A stretch of DNA of 64,000 nucleotides, taken from NCBI RefSeq assembly GCF_006345805.1, contig NC_043003.1, positions 93,930,001-93,994,000 of the forward strand, read 5' to 3'. Positions 49,073-63,000 of this stretch are shown here, in pieces. Position 1 is the first letter of the stretch. Each line of letters opens with the position of its first letter. The position numbers and the translations under genes are program-made. The DNA comes from Octopus sinensis (taxonomy: Eukaryota). A model generated the notes under the pieces. That model saw only the letters and a program-made list of their open reading frames with translations. It searched no databases and was not told where the DNA came from.

Positions 49073-51910
49073 GAATGGATAGATGTTAGACAAAGCGAGA
49101 GAATGAAGGAGCATGGAAGCTATCTAAAGAAAATAAACCTCAGTGAGATTTGTATTCAGAACATAAAGGGGCGTAACTCCCTTCACTCCTGTGAATCTGC
49201 CCTTCCTTGTAATTTTAATAAAATCTGAGGTCTTAAGTTTCTGATTCAGTTGGTAATTTGGATTGAAATTAAATCTGCATAATATTACGGGTTGAGTTGT
49301 ACTTTCAACATGTAGCTCCAAAACAAAACGTCTCCGAGTATTTAATGATACCAACTGATTGACATTAGATTTCACTATATTAATGAAATTAATATCTTGA
49401 CGTCTTTATATATATATATATAAAACTTGTCAACGGCATCCATCCTGGGAAATTACCCTTTATCCATCTCTTTTAATGACTAATTAAATATTTTATTTAG
49501 AGGGAAAACTTAAAACTTCATTATACTTAGAGAGAAAGACGGCGTAAAAATATGGTTGCTAAGTAACTGTAAGCTCGAAAGAGGAGAGTAGATGTAGTTT
49601 TCATTTTATTATTCTTGCTTTGCTTTCATTTTGTATATGTACTTTTTACAGAATAAATTTTCATCAATGTTTAATCAGATCAAGTTGTTGTTTGGCAACT
49701 GAACATAAAACATTAAAGATGTTTACGTTTATTTTTGTAACATCTTAAGAAGACAATATTACCGAGGGATAAAAAAAAAGCTATCGGAATTTAGTTTCGT
49801 TCCTCTATTCACTACGTTCTAACCTACTGGAGTTCAAATCTCTCTGTAGATTTAATGAACTATGCTCCTAGTCTAAAATGGCGTCCATTTATTTATTCAT
49901 AATACTGTGTCCTGTAAAGTACGAAGCTATATACCACTGCATAAAATCGTCGTTATGTGTTCTATAAGAGAATGTTGAGACGTCAGAAACAGTGGGTCGC
50001 CAGACAATATGTCTTAATTTTGTGCCATCATACTCCCAGTTAAAATATAGGAAAAGTGATCTTACTATCATTTCGTAGTCGATAAGAAAGTACAGGTAAA
50101 GTACAGTGTCGGTTAAATATAAAATACTGCCTTCTTATTGAAATAATTGGTCCTGTCTCTTATTAAACGAAGTCAATTAAAATATGCTTTATGAAGAGAA
50201 AATTCAATCTTTTTAGTATTATGTATTTAGTTATACAAAACTGAGAGATAATGATTGAGATAATCCGCACTAGATACTAGGAAATACTAACTGAATTATA
50301 CAAATAGTATTTGACAACACACGCATACAAACAAAATCAAACAGGAAACATGTTTAAATACCCCCACCACTACAAAACTCGCACAGACACATACAGATAG
50401 ATAGATAAACACACAGACAGACAGACAGATAGAGAGAGAAGAGGGAGAGGGGAAGAGAGGCATATTCGTTATTTGTATGCGTAAAAATATTGTACCCAAA
50501 TACAATAAAAGAAAATCTTAACTAATCAATAATGTAAGAAGAATAAACCAATAATCTAATTAAGCTTAACTGTTTTATACTATCTTTTCTGCACGAAATA
50601 TAACCACATTGAGGAAGTTTGTATGTGGTCTCTGGTCATTTGAACTCTAAAACAAATCACTTAAATTTCAACCGAATCACGTTTTACTGGTTTTAAAGTA
50701 ACACAGCAAATGTCGCCCTGAGTGTGCGATACCTGAAATGAGGACAGAATTGTCAGAGTTGACACCCACGTAGCTTGATCGGAGCTGTTCTTAGACCATA
50801 GCAATAACCCCAACACTGCAAACAAATGATATTTTCACATATTTTTCAATAGAAATATGTATGCCATGTATTTCCAGCATTAGTTTCTGGTTGTATAACG
50901 GCGACAAGCATTGCAGAGCAGCGCTAAGCGTCGAACTATTCGGATCACCGATTTGATTTTGATTATCTTCTGCCAATCTTTTTGCTGAATTTATGACGCT
51001 AGAATTGTCTCCAGTAAAAGCTGAAAAGTCGCAATTCCAAGTTACTTTGATTTTTATTTCATAGCATTAGATTATATGTGTGACTGGAGACGTCAAATAG
51101 AAGCTAGTAAGTCGTTTAAACTAGATGGATTACAGCTAGTGACGGATACTTCACCATCGTGTAATATATCTAGAACATGTCCACTTGTAGGAACGCATCT
51201 TGGACAAGCGAAATTCATAAGAGTATTTCAGCTCAGACTGCACATTCATGAAGCTATAGCAATCTTTATTTATGTAGTTTTTTTGTATTCTCTACTCGTC
51301 CTGCCAAATCTCCAGAAATTACAATACATCTTCGTTTTCTACTCTTTTTCTTTTTTGCTATTGTTGACAACCACCGACAGAAAGGAGAACTGAGACATTT
51401 GAGTATTAAGTGTATTGACCACGAACTTAGCGTGTAGCCGTAGACATAAAAACCACCAATACTATCCAACATACACATAAATACGCAATATAATGAGAAT
51501 TACTCTAGTGTAATTTTACTGGTTCATTATGACAGTATCAATGTAACTGGATCCATAAAACGGATATGGAAATAATAATTAAGTGAAATGATTTTGCCTG
51601 CTTAGAATGGTATAAATCACGTTCTCCATTGATAATCTATAATAAAGAGAAATATTACATAAATTGATTTAATATGTTAATTTTAAATCAAAATAATAAT
51701 CTAAAAGTATAAGAATAATGCATTTCGATTCGGCCATAGAATAAATATTCTAGTATGCCGGAAGTCCTGTTGTTAACCGGATTATAATGAATCTTATAGC
51801 TTGCATAATTCTGATTATTATTGAAATAAATGATTGAGAGGAAACAAAACGTTAGAAATTCACATATATTTCCAAGATTTCATTGTTATTTTAACAAAGC
51901 CTTCAATAGT

Positions 51911-51912
<2 letters not shown>

Positions 51913-51986
<74 letters not shown>

Positions 51987-51988
51987 CA
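51913..51988. repeat. (TTA)n microsatellite
   Basis: Directly visible repeat. Confidence 0.95.
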
Positions 51989-52624
51989 TTTGATATACAT
52001 TAGTTAATTGAATAGTTGTGAGGCTGTATGAAGATTCTAAATGACACGGCTAAATTAGATTACTTCGATCTAAAACGGTTATATTTTTGTTTCAAATTTT
52101 GTGTACTGCTATTATTGCTATATATTTTGTTTCTGATAATAACATCACAAATATAATAATTGTAAAGATTTATAGGCTGCGTTATAATGTTTATTAATAC
52201 TAGACATCTGTGCATATTTCATACTTTTATATTTGATATAATTATTGATATTTCAAAGAAGTGAACTACTGGAAAATTTTTCCGGATATATACATATAAT
52301 TTATTTGATAAATCATTATGCTCTACCTTGGCTTCAATTAGTTTCTCTTTCGTTCATCAATTGTAACACACACGCGCACGCGCACACGATCATGCGCATC
52401 CGTGCGCTGGCGCACACATACAAATATGTATATAACAACAGCAGCAATAGTAATGATGATGATGATGATAATGATGATGATGATGATGATGGGTATATTG
52501 GGTTTCGAATATTTGTGCCCCAGTGTCTTTTTGATGGTATTGATTGCTTTCCCACTTACTACTACTACTACTACTACTACTAATAATAATAATAATAATG
52601 GTAATAATAATGATAATAGTAATA

Positions 52625-52840
52625 ATTTTTTACTAAAGGCAAAAAATCTGGAATTTTGTGGGAGGGTAGTGGTCGATTACATCGACCCCAGTACTCAACG
52701 AGTACTTAATTTATTGACCCCGAAAGGATGAAAGGCAAAGTTGACCTCGGCGGAATCTGAACTCAGAAAATGCAGACAGACGCAAAGCAGTTAAGCATTT
52801 CTCCCGGCGAGCTAACGATTCTGCCAGCTCACTGCCTTCA
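52625..52840 (-). mobile_element. SINE family A
   Basis: cccgaaaggatgaaaggcaaagttgacctcggcggaatctgaactcag...ctaacgattctgccagctc. Confidence 0.88.
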
Positions 52841-52949
52841 ATAACAACAACAGCAATAATAATCGTTTATCCACCAACGATTGTCAAAACGATTGCAACA
52901 ACTTACTATCTTGCTAATCCAATTTCTGGATTGTTGACACGCAGGGATT

Positions 52950-53142
52950 ATTATTCCAGTACCCGGGGCCCTGCATATAGATCCTATATAGGTCGACCGT
53001 GCAGATCACAAATTTGTGGTCTGTGTAGCCGACGACTTTGAACTGTGGACAACCTATGCTACTTCTATCTATTGGCCTAAAGAATATCCTATCTAAATAC
53101 GACCTGGAAGACCCGGTGCTGTTTGCCCATGTCCACATTGGC
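52950..53142 (-). mobile_element. L1/Tx1-like APE endonuclease fragment
   Basis: WTWAN...RSYLDRIFF...YTDHKFV...GPGYW matches the end of L1/Tx1 APE domains. Confidence 0.65.
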
Positions 53143-53143
<1 letters not shown>

Positions 53144-53181
<38 letters not shown>

Positions 53182-53203
53182 CAACAACAACAACAACAAC
53201 AAC

Positions 53204-53294
<91 letters not shown>

Positions 53295-53300
53295 GTAGTA
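53144..53300. repeat. Compound (AAT)n-(AAC)n-(GAT)n array
   Basis: Directly visible repeat. Confidence 0.95.
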
Positions 53301-55042
53301 GAAGTAGCAACATACAAAATAAATTCTTGATTTTTAAAAAATTATCTCCACTTCAAGAGGGTATAGAACAACCACTCTGTGGTAATTGGTATCAAGTCCA
53401 AACGAGAAAAGTAATTTCTCTCAAAAATCAAGGATTCTCAAAACTTATATTCTATTAAGGAAAAGGCTGTCTGATTGTCTGAAGAGAAGAAGACGATTGT
53501 GGACCTGTGTGTCTGCTACTGTAGGGGTCACCAGCAAAGCAATTCTCTTACCTTATGTTCGACAGAGGGGGACACTTATACATACAAAAAAGAGTAGAAC
53601 ACATTTTTGGTCTACATAATTTGCATTAATGAGAGATAATAAACAAAACAGCAAAGATCAGCGTGGAAAGACAGCAGTAAACTTTAATAACAAATTTCAA
53701 TATCTCAGTTATATACAATACAGTTTACTCACAGAATATTTTCTATCAGAATTTTCGACAATTTTCTTTACGAGACAAATATTATTTCCTTAGACTTAAT
53801 ATTTTATAGTTTTTGGTTGTTTTCTTTCAAACATGTTGTTTTGTCAAAAGTCACACAGACTTATATTTCATCGAGTTTCTGCAAGCAATTTGTTTGGGAA
53901 TTTAATGATTTTGGATTATAAATATTCATAAATAAATTTCAATGTATTTTTTAACTTGATATAAGAAAGTCCATTGCAGCAAGTTCAAAGGATGAGAGTA
54001 GATTTATTACTTAAACGAGCAGTATTGTCTGGAAAGTCGGTATCGATTAAGTGGGTGACGTCAAATTCATGGCAGGGATGGCAAGTTCAATGTGAACGAG
54101 GTTGATTTCTACTGTGGGCAGGGAAATTGTGGAGCAGAAACGCAGAAGTGGCATCTTCATCAGCAAGTATAGTTTGGTAGTGGTGGTGGTGGTGGTGGCT
54201 GTGTCGGCTTCGGTAGCACATATCTTTGCTGTTTTGGATACCAAATTCTAATTCATCGTTGTATGAGGGGAAAAAGTATTCGAATGACCAGTGTGTTATT
54301 AAGAAGCTGACAAAATCGTTTTAAATTACAAAGTCACCCATCATTTCCTGTTTCTGGGTTATAATTCGTTCATTCAAATATAGACCCTGAATTGAGCTGA
54401 TAATTGTTTTTAGTGGAGATAAGATACTGACAAAGTTAATTGTGAAAATCATTCTTTCAGAATCCAATATTGAAAAAAAAAAAAAAAAGAAAGGGAACGA
54501 TTTCCCAAATATCGAAATCAAAGCCTATGATTGGATTAGAAATCCATTATGGACTCAAGGCGGAAATTAACCGAAGTGAAAAAATGAAATCGTTTATTAG
54601 TGTTATAATAGCCTTAAAATACCTCTCCAGTGTTTCTACTACTTAAACTTCTGTTGGATTTTCAACAATGACAAATTTGAAAACACGGTAGCTTAAAAAT
54701 GTTCGACGATGACAAGCCGGTTTTTCTTTCAAGCATTCCAACAAATATTCAAGAATTAAGCACTTCATATGAAGCCTAGATACCTAATTGAAATAGTAAG
54801 CACAGCTGCTATTTTGTTCAACTAAGTGAAATTAATATAATGTAATTACTATCTTCAGAATATCGTCTCCAGATAAACCATCTTGAACGTTGTTAGTAAC
54901 TGTTATATTGATACAGCTGTATGGTTAACGTTTGTTATGCATGCATATAAGCATACGTCTTCTGCTAGAGTTCAGAACTTTGTGAGTACATTTGGTACAT
55001 GAAACTGTGTGGAAGCCTGTCGTGTATTTATTTATATCTATG

Positions 55043-55126
<84 letters not shown>
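55043..55126. repeat. (TATC)n microsatellite
   Basis: Directly visible repeat. Confidence 0.95.
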
Positions 55127-55129
<3 letters not shown>

Positions 55130-55307
55130 ATGCCTGTCTGCTTGTCTATCTATAGAAATATATCTACATATCTATATCATTATGTGTGTGTGTATAGTAT
55201 AATTCGGGTAAAAAGTTCACTTGTGAGTTCTTATGTTGTTATCTGACTATCTCATGTTGTGATCTACTATTTAAACTTGATATCATCCATCCGCGAGTTA
55301 TTTTAGT

Positions 55308-55378
<71 letters not shown>

Positions 55379-56057
55379 ATAATATATATATACACATATA
55401 TATACATATACATACACACACACACACATATATATAAAAGAAAAAAAAAGACGGGTCATTTGTGGCCTTCTTTCCTCAGTCAAGTACCAGAAGTCACAAC
55501 TGTTTCGAGCAGTTACACTTGAGACGGTTCGATGTGGCTGTCCCCCAAAAAGTCTAATCTAAGAGCATTAGAACCCTTTGAAAGAAAGGTAGCGAATACG
55601 TACGGCGACAAAGACAAAAAACGGAAAACATGGTACACAATTACGAATACAAACAACAAGAAAATAACAACAAGTCTCTTTCGACTGAGAACGAATCCAA
55701 GTGAGGTGGCGCGTAAAAGCCTAATGGCAGGAAAATAGGAGATGGGTATAAAAGGTGTTGGCACTCGGTAGTCAGGTCAAGAAAGAAAGATCACGACTGG
55801 CCGGACACCGGTCACGTGGAAGAAGGAGAGATGGGTAGGGGGCAGAAACAAAGAGAAAGGTACAGGAGAGATAAACGAGTGGGAGTTAAAGGAAGAGAGG
55901 GCCAATAAATGTGAGAGAGTGGGGGAGCGAGAAAAAGAAAATCGGAAGAAGTAAAAGGGGGAATAAAAAATAGAGTAAGAGTCGTACAAAATTTAGATAC
56001 ATACCTACTTTTAGATGAGCACAAGTGTGTACGTACGCCGCTATATATATATATATA

Positions 56058-56594
56058 TGACACATGGGAAGACATAGCTATTGATTGTAGCAGGTGGAGA
56101 AGGATTGTGCATGAGGGGACAGCCACTTTTGAGAAATCTTGAGTTGCACATATGAAAGTAAGGAGGGATGTCAGGAAGGGCATAGCTGTTACACTTCCAG
56201 AATGGAAGGGTCTTCCTTTGATGCTGACATGCAATGTCTGTGTAAGACCCTGCCTCAGTGAAGCTGAACTCAAGAGTCATCTTCGTAGTCATAAAACGAG
56301 ACAGATGAGTGACAACCTGGCCACTGGTGGTGGTGTAACACACCATACTAATCATATCTGTCGGGCATGTGGAAGAGAGTGTAATTCGGCAGGAGGACTT
56401 AAACGACATGCAAAGGTACATGAAGCCCAGTTGCAACTACAGCCGGCTATTACCAGTAAAGGTTTTAGTTGCCAATTTTGTACAAGACATTGTAGATCTT
56501 TAGCTGGGCTAAAAAGTCACATTCGATCACAGCATAAGTAACAGTTAAGCTTCGTGCAATGGCCATACTCGATAACGAGGGGGCAGCCATAATA
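56058..56594 (+). mobile_element. RTE 3' end encoding three C2H2 zinc fingers
   Basis: TWEDIAIDCSRWRRIVHEG (RTE C-terminus) followed by CNVC..LKSHLRSH, CRAC..LKRHAKVH and CQFC..LKSHIRSQH. The 3' UTR atggccatactcgataacgaggggcagccat is an RTE-type end. Flanked by (TA)n. Confidence 0.8.
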
Positions 56595-56794
56595 TGTATA
56601 TATATATATAAATTGAACAAAAACGCAATAGAGGACAATAAAATATTCGGACAGATAGACGATACAAAGGCGGAGAAGAGAAACAACAATTAGAGGGATA
56701 AGCAAAAATAGACAGGTCATTCGTGGCCTTTTTTTCCTCAGTCAAGTACCCAGAAGTCATGACCGTTTTGGGCAGTTGCACTTGGCGGTTCGAG

Positions 56795-56954
56795 ACAGGA
56801 ATAGTTGTGCGGTAAGAGACTTGCTTCCCAACCACATGGTTTTGGGTTTAGTCCCACTACGTGGCACCTTTGGTCAGATGTCTAATACTATAGCCTTGAA
56901 TCGTACAAAGCCTTGTCAGTGAATTTGGTAGATAGAAACCGAAAGAAGCCCGTC

Positions 56955-57013
<59 letters not shown>

Positions 57014-57250
57014 TGTGTGTACGTATATATATAATGTATGTGTGTGTCTATGAGTATGTTTGTCCCCCAGCAATGCTTGACAACCGGTGTTAATGTGTTT
57101 ACGTCCCCATAATTTAGCAGTTCACCAAAAGGAACCGATAGAGTAAGTACCAGGCTTTAAAAAGTACTGGTGTCAATTCATTCGACTAAAAGTTTGCAGG
57201 GTGGTGCCCTAGCATGACTGCAGTCTAATAACTGAAACAAGAAAAAGAAA
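56795..57250 (+). mobile_element. SINE family B with expanded internal microsatellite
   Basis: Family head, core and 3' end are all present. Confidence 0.85.
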
Positions 57251-57719
57251 AAAAAAAGAATAAAAGTATAAACATGCGTGTGTGCGATTGTGTGTATGTT
57301 CGTATGTTTGTTTATGCATGTGTGTTTATATACGTATGTGATTTTGTTTAACACTTGAAAGATGACAACCTTCATATTCCACCAAACTCAGAGTTTAACT
57401 TCTTCGTGTGTGGCCCTGTTTCGGGGATCGATTCTTCTATCTCTGGATGCTAACCAGTATCGTTCTTGTTGGATAAGATTGTAAAGAACTCATTTTTTTC
57501 ATCACTTGCTTTGATTCTGCCCAGGAAATATTCGATAGAAAATCTATTCCTCATTGACGAGGAGAGAATAATTCATTGATTAAACTGGAAAGCAGTCAGA
57601 TGTTAAGGGGCAGACTGACCAAATTTAGATACATTTCCTCGTTCATTGGTGTGTTTTCTGAAGTATGACTTGAAGTGAAGTGTTTTGTTAATTCTCAGCT
57701 ACAGGATCTTTGGAGAGTG

Positions 57720-58080
57720 AAGAATAGGACCTTCACGACGGCAATGCATCCTGTCACCATACTCTCCTCACTCATGAGTTTATCACCAAAAACAACGTGG
57801 TATTGCTCCCGCACCCACTCTACTCACCAGATTTAAAAAGTCACCGTTTTAACACCGTTGTCGAGATCCAGAGCGAATCGCAGATGGTCATCTAATCGCT
57901 TACGGAAAACGACTTTCAGACCGCATTCCAAAAGTGGCAGGAATGCTGGAACCGGTGTACTGCTGCGCAAGTTGACTATTTCGAAGGGAATGTTGTTAAA
58001 ACTTAGGTAAATAAGTTTTTTTATTAAACATAACTACTTCTGGAACTTTTTCATATGAACTTTTTGATGCCACCTCATAC
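57720..58080 (+). mobile_element. mariner 3' part with right TIR
   Basis: LHDGNASCH, PHPLYSPDL, FQKWQECWNRCTAAQVDYFEG and the terminus aactttttgatgccacctcata. Confidence 0.8.
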
Positions 58081-58717
58081 GATGGCCACAACTCGATTTC
58101 GAGCAATGTAATCTCATGATGGTTCTTTTAAACATAGTAAACACGGATGTGGCTTTTCAGACCTGCTTGGGACCTGCATTATTTCACACATATCTGGTAA
58201 CTATGAGCACATTTTACAAAAGGTATTCTAAGAGCTTATCAGTCACACTGTCAAATTCTTTCGTTCCATCAAGGAAGTTTTTATCGAGTGATTTGTCTTT
58301 TTCGAATAGGGCTAGCCATAATATGTAACACATAACAAAGATATCAAAAGTCAAGTGATACTGGTACCTGAAATTCTTAAACGTGAAGAAGGGCCTTGCT
58401 ACGGTCAACCTACTCTCTGAACAACGAATGTAGTTGCCTGAAAAGGACTAACCTACATCATTTGATACAATCGAGGTCACAAGTATTTCGTTAGTAATTT
58501 TCTTGTTGGAAAATGTCTAAATAAAGCTTAGTGGGCCTCTCTTTCTCTGCTGTTGACTCCTACTTAGTCCAATTGCCCTTTGAAAGTTTTGGTTTTCATC
58601 CCACAGGGCGTTCAACTACCCTTTTACCAAACATTCTTCGTAAGGTTGTCGGTTTTATCGCCGACTGTTCCTCATGCGACAAGTTGTACTGGATCACTTG
58701 TTACAAGTACCAACAAT

Positions 58718-58797
58718 GACATACAAACACATATACATACAAGCATACACACATACAAATACATATACACATGCATATACATACATACATACATACA

Positions 58798-58877
<80 letters not shown>
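58718..58877. repeat. (CATA)n/(TA)n microsatellite
   Basis: Directly visible repeat. Confidence 0.95.
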
Positions 58878-58879
<2 letters not shown>

Positions 58880-59056
58880 ATAATTCACAAAAAATCAAAA
58901 GACGAAGTCAGGTGGTGTAGACAACAAACAGATGTATTAGTTTAACGCGCGTGAAGTGAAAAAGTCTTTAACGTCTCGGGACTACGCTCTTCCACAGAAA
59001 GGAACACAGAAAGAAACACAGAAAGAAACAAGGAGAGAAGAAAAAGAATGTGTAGT

Positions 59057-59096
<40 letters not shown>

Positions 59097-60411
59097 TATA
59101 TATATTACGGGCTGTATAGTTAGCTCAGCTGTCCACAATACCAAAGTCACATATATTTTGTCAGATAAGGGAAGTGAAAGGTAACTGTATTGGCCTGTGC
59201 GGAATTGACTTAAAAAAAGATACACCCGCCAGCATTCTTCTTTCTAGCACAAAGAAGAAAAGAACAGTTGCTTTCAGTGAAATACACTCACAAAAAAAGT
59301 GTTGAGCAGTGGAACTGAACCAAAAACTTCGGGGTTGTAAAGCGAACTCCCTAAACACATAGCTATGCCTATGCCCATGCATATCTACTATGTATTTGAC
59401 AAAGTTTGTGTGCATATGTCTATTTTCTCTTTAACTTCTTTCATTTGTATGTAGCTTATTCGTTCTTTGCTTCCACGATAGTGCTGAATCTATTTTCCTC
59501 ATAGAAACCATCTCTAGTTTCCCTTTACCGTCACATCTAGCCACCCTCTCTCTCTCTCTCTCTCTGTCATTATTTATTTCTCTTTATCTTTCGCACTCTC
59601 TCTGATGATATCCTTTTCTCTTTCTGTCGTGTTCTATTTCTAAGCTCTCACATCAACTAATTTTTAATTAATTTAATCAGGAAGTTAAAGTTTTGTGGAT
59701 GCTGGTACAAAGTGCTGTCACGAGGAAATATAATCTTTCATGCTACAATCTATTATATATTTGCGAAAGTCCGTGTTTTGTTTTTGCATGTGTATGTCTA
59801 TGTGTGTTTCTAACTATTTCCATCTTCTTTTCTTTTTGTATGTAGTTATCACAACATTTCGCTTCCCACGCTGTTGGAACTCTATGATTAACAACACCAT
59901 TCCGTCTGGTACACCTTGAAAGCTCTATCATTTCGAGTCTTTCGTTTCCTCTCCCCCATCCCCTCTCTCTCTCTCTCTCTCTCTTTCTATTTCTGTTTCC
60001 CTTGCATGCTCTCTTTTTCGTAATCTATTTCTGTTGTGTAGCAAGGTTATAAGTTTAGCGGAACATATGATTATTGTCGAAATACTGCTTATTTTAATGA
60101 TAGGTGCATCATAACAACTACTTTTGTTTAACATAAGCAGGATGTCAAATCGGACCAACAATAGACTTTTATGCCACAGTTTTCCTTAAATTATAAAGCT
60201 TACGTATGCTATGTAGATTCCTCTAAATTATATTTCTGTTACTAAACCTAAGGTGAAAATAACAACAAAGAAAGAGGGTTAATACATATCTACATTTTGA
60301 TCTGATTAACAAAAAAGATTCACCTCAATGAAAATGATTCCATTATACTTGCAAATCTTCCAAACTACATAAGAAGTAAGAGAACTTCGGTATTTTAAAA
60401 ACCCATATTAA

Positions 60412-60628
60412 AGTGGCGAGTTGGCACAATCGTTAGCACGACGGGCGAAATTCTGAGCGGTATCTTGTCTGCCACTACATTCTGAGTTCAAATTCCGCCG
60501 AGGTTGACTCTGCCTTTTATCCGTTTGGGGTCGATAACTTAAGTGCCAGTTGAGTACTGGGGCCGATGTAATCGACTATCCCCCTCCCCTAAAATTTCAG
60601 GCTTTTTGCTTATAGTAGAAAGAATTGT
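60412..60628 (+). mobile_element. SINE family A, full length
   Basis: ggcgagttggcacaatcgttagcacg...ctgagttcaaattccgccgaggttgactctgccttttatccgtttggggtcgata. Confidence 0.88.
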
Positions 60629-60679
60629 TTAAGCACAGAAGGTGTATGCTCTCTGAGGTGGCATCAACAAGAATTGACT

Positions 60680-63000
60680 TTGCATAAAAGACAATAAATG
60701 CACCAAATGGTTCAACACAGCATTACATTAACACGTTAGGACGATATTGGATGCTAAAATCCTGGATGCATCTTTCGACAAGTCGAACGAACATATTGAA
60801 GAATATTACCTGACAAGCAAATAATTTTCTCTCCTACAACATTTAACTTATCATTTCCATTTTAGATATTTCAGAGAAGTATGAGATTTATTAATTCTAA
60901 GAGGTATTTCTGCCTAGTTAGGAAGTCTTTGAGTTTGTTGAGTCGGATTTGACGTATTTTGGGATCAATCATTATAGTACAGATACGTTTTGCCATGCTG
61001 TACGGGATGTTCCTTTCGATGGCAAGAGTAGAATATTGGTGCGTGTCCGTTTTTTTTTTGTAAAATATGTCTGTTGTGACTGTGAAGTTGTGTATTTTTT
61101 ATGTGAATATTCAGGAACGGTAATTCATTGCAACTGGATTCTGTCGTGAATTTGATCGATGGGTGAAGTGTTTTGAGGATATTAATAAATATTTGTAGGT
61201 CCTCATTTGATCTGTCCCAAAAGATGAAGCAGTCATCGAAGAAGCGTTTCCACTTTTTATTACGTATTTCTACCAATTCTGATTAAAAGCTCTTTCTACT
61301 TCCTCATAAAGCTTTTCTTCCAAGAATCCCATGACTAGGTTAGCAGAGGAGGGTACAAGCCGCATCCCGATATGTATTATTATCGAATCTAAAGGTGTTT
61401 TCTTCTAGTACCAGGCGTGTGGCTTTGGTGATGAAATCAGTTTTGAAGCGTTCATATATCCGTCCTCTATGCTTCTCTACTCAGTGTTTGTTTCCAGGCC
61501 CAAAGTGCGAGGTATAATAGTACAGAGATTGGTGACATGAAAGCTTGTAAGTATAGTACCTTCTGGGAGAGTGGATGGAATGTGCTAGAGGAAATCTATG
61601 CCGTCCCATATATAGTTGGGTATTAATGAACATAAAGATTTTAGGAGTATGTCCAAGAAATGACTCAGGTGTCGTGTTGGTGCTTGAGGTCCAGCAACTG
61701 TTGGTCTCAGTTTGAGGTCAGTAGGTCTTAGTATTTCTATGTATTAGTTCCTCTGTTCATTTATGGCTTTCTGGAATTAGGGGCTTTTGAGGATTTGGGG
61801 TAATCCGTAGAAATTGCTCCGTTTGATTACAGAGTTGCATAAATAATCTTTCTCCTTGTCTGTGAAGTAATCTTTAATTAGTGTTTTGATTTTATCCATT
61901 ATTGCTTCTTCCGGCTGTTTTGGTTCTTTGTTGTAGTAGGTTTTGTCTGGTACAATTTCCAATATTTTATCTTTATAGTAGTCTTTGTCCATGATTACTA
62001 TCGCCTCTCCCGTATCGGCTTCTTTTAGGAGGATTGAATTGTCATTCTTCAGTATTAGTAAGGCTTCCATTTCTTCTTCACGAAGGTTTTGTTTGTATTT
62101 TCGGGTACTTAGGGGAAATTTCGAAATTGTGTCTATTCCCTTTCAAGCGGGTGAAGTGGGTTTTATCTCTGGCAATTGATTCCTCATTTATATCCTTATT
62201 GCCAAAGAATTCAATAATCCGGAGGTGGCGGTTAAAATGCTCAATATCAGCGTTTAGTTCAATGAGATTAGGGGTTGGCGTCGGGGTAAATTTGAAACAT
62301 TTCAATAGGAGATTCATCTCATTCTTGTTGAGGCTTCTATTTGACAAATTTATGACCTTCGGGTTTATGTGTTTTGTGTGCTCATTAAAATTTCCTCTTG
62401 CACCGGATATTTTCTCCCTAAAAAGGATATTGTATTATTGTGTTTCCATTTTTTTGCTGTTTTCAGGTTCTAGTTCTCTCGTAGATGAGGGGATGGTTCA
62501 TGTTCTTTATACGTACTTTGTTGTCTATAACTTCTGTCTTCTTCCCATCTTTTATGCTTGTTGAGCCACTCACGATGTATGGGATTGTTGGTAGGGAATC
62601 GTGAGATTCTTGAGTTTCCATGATGATTATTCATATTATGGTTTCTGTATTGTCTGTATATTACTTGTATTTCTTTCCATGTATTTATCCATCTAGGTTA
62701 CTTGGTATTATGGGTTAGTGGTTGTCTGCATGTTTCTTGTCTTTTCTATTTTTTCCCCGTGTATTCATCCATCTTGGGTGTTTGATATTATGGGTTGATG
62801 ATTGTCTTCTATATTCCATGAGTTTGTTTATTGCAGTATTATGTTTTTGTATTGCAGAATATGGGTTTCTAGTCAGCAGTTGGGGTGAGCTGGAGGTCGT
62901 CTCCTCATATGTTCTTGGATAACTAGTGATTGATACCTTAGTTTGGTTCATCTGGGTTCGGTGTCTATGTTTGTTTTTCATTTCCTTGCATTTTTTGTTG
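60680..63000 (-). mobile_element. Decayed Penelope-like element
   Basis: ORFs contain NLSNRSLNKNEMNLLLKCFKFTPTP, KEADTGEAIVIMDKDYY, FYGLPQILKS, LRPTVAGP and KWKRFFDDCFIFW...LHPSIKFT...LPFL, all Penelope RT signatures. Confidence 0.85.

Noticed and set aside
50791-51030. Possible host exon (AFTGDNSSVINSAKRLAEDNQNQ...)
   Set aside because: No recognisable domain, no convincing donor site and no partner exons.
54040-54450. pogo/Tigger DDE fragment (LLHNFPAH...HIEL) on the minus strand
   Set aside because: Only a short frameshifted resemblance; too weak to list as a feature.
55470-55515. Minus-strand GAAAC...CTGAGGA as a permuted hammerhead
   Set aside because: Stems I and III cannot be formed in either copy.
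58090-58715. L1/Tx1-like C-terminal remnant on the minus strand
   Set aside because: No intact diagnostic motif could be read.
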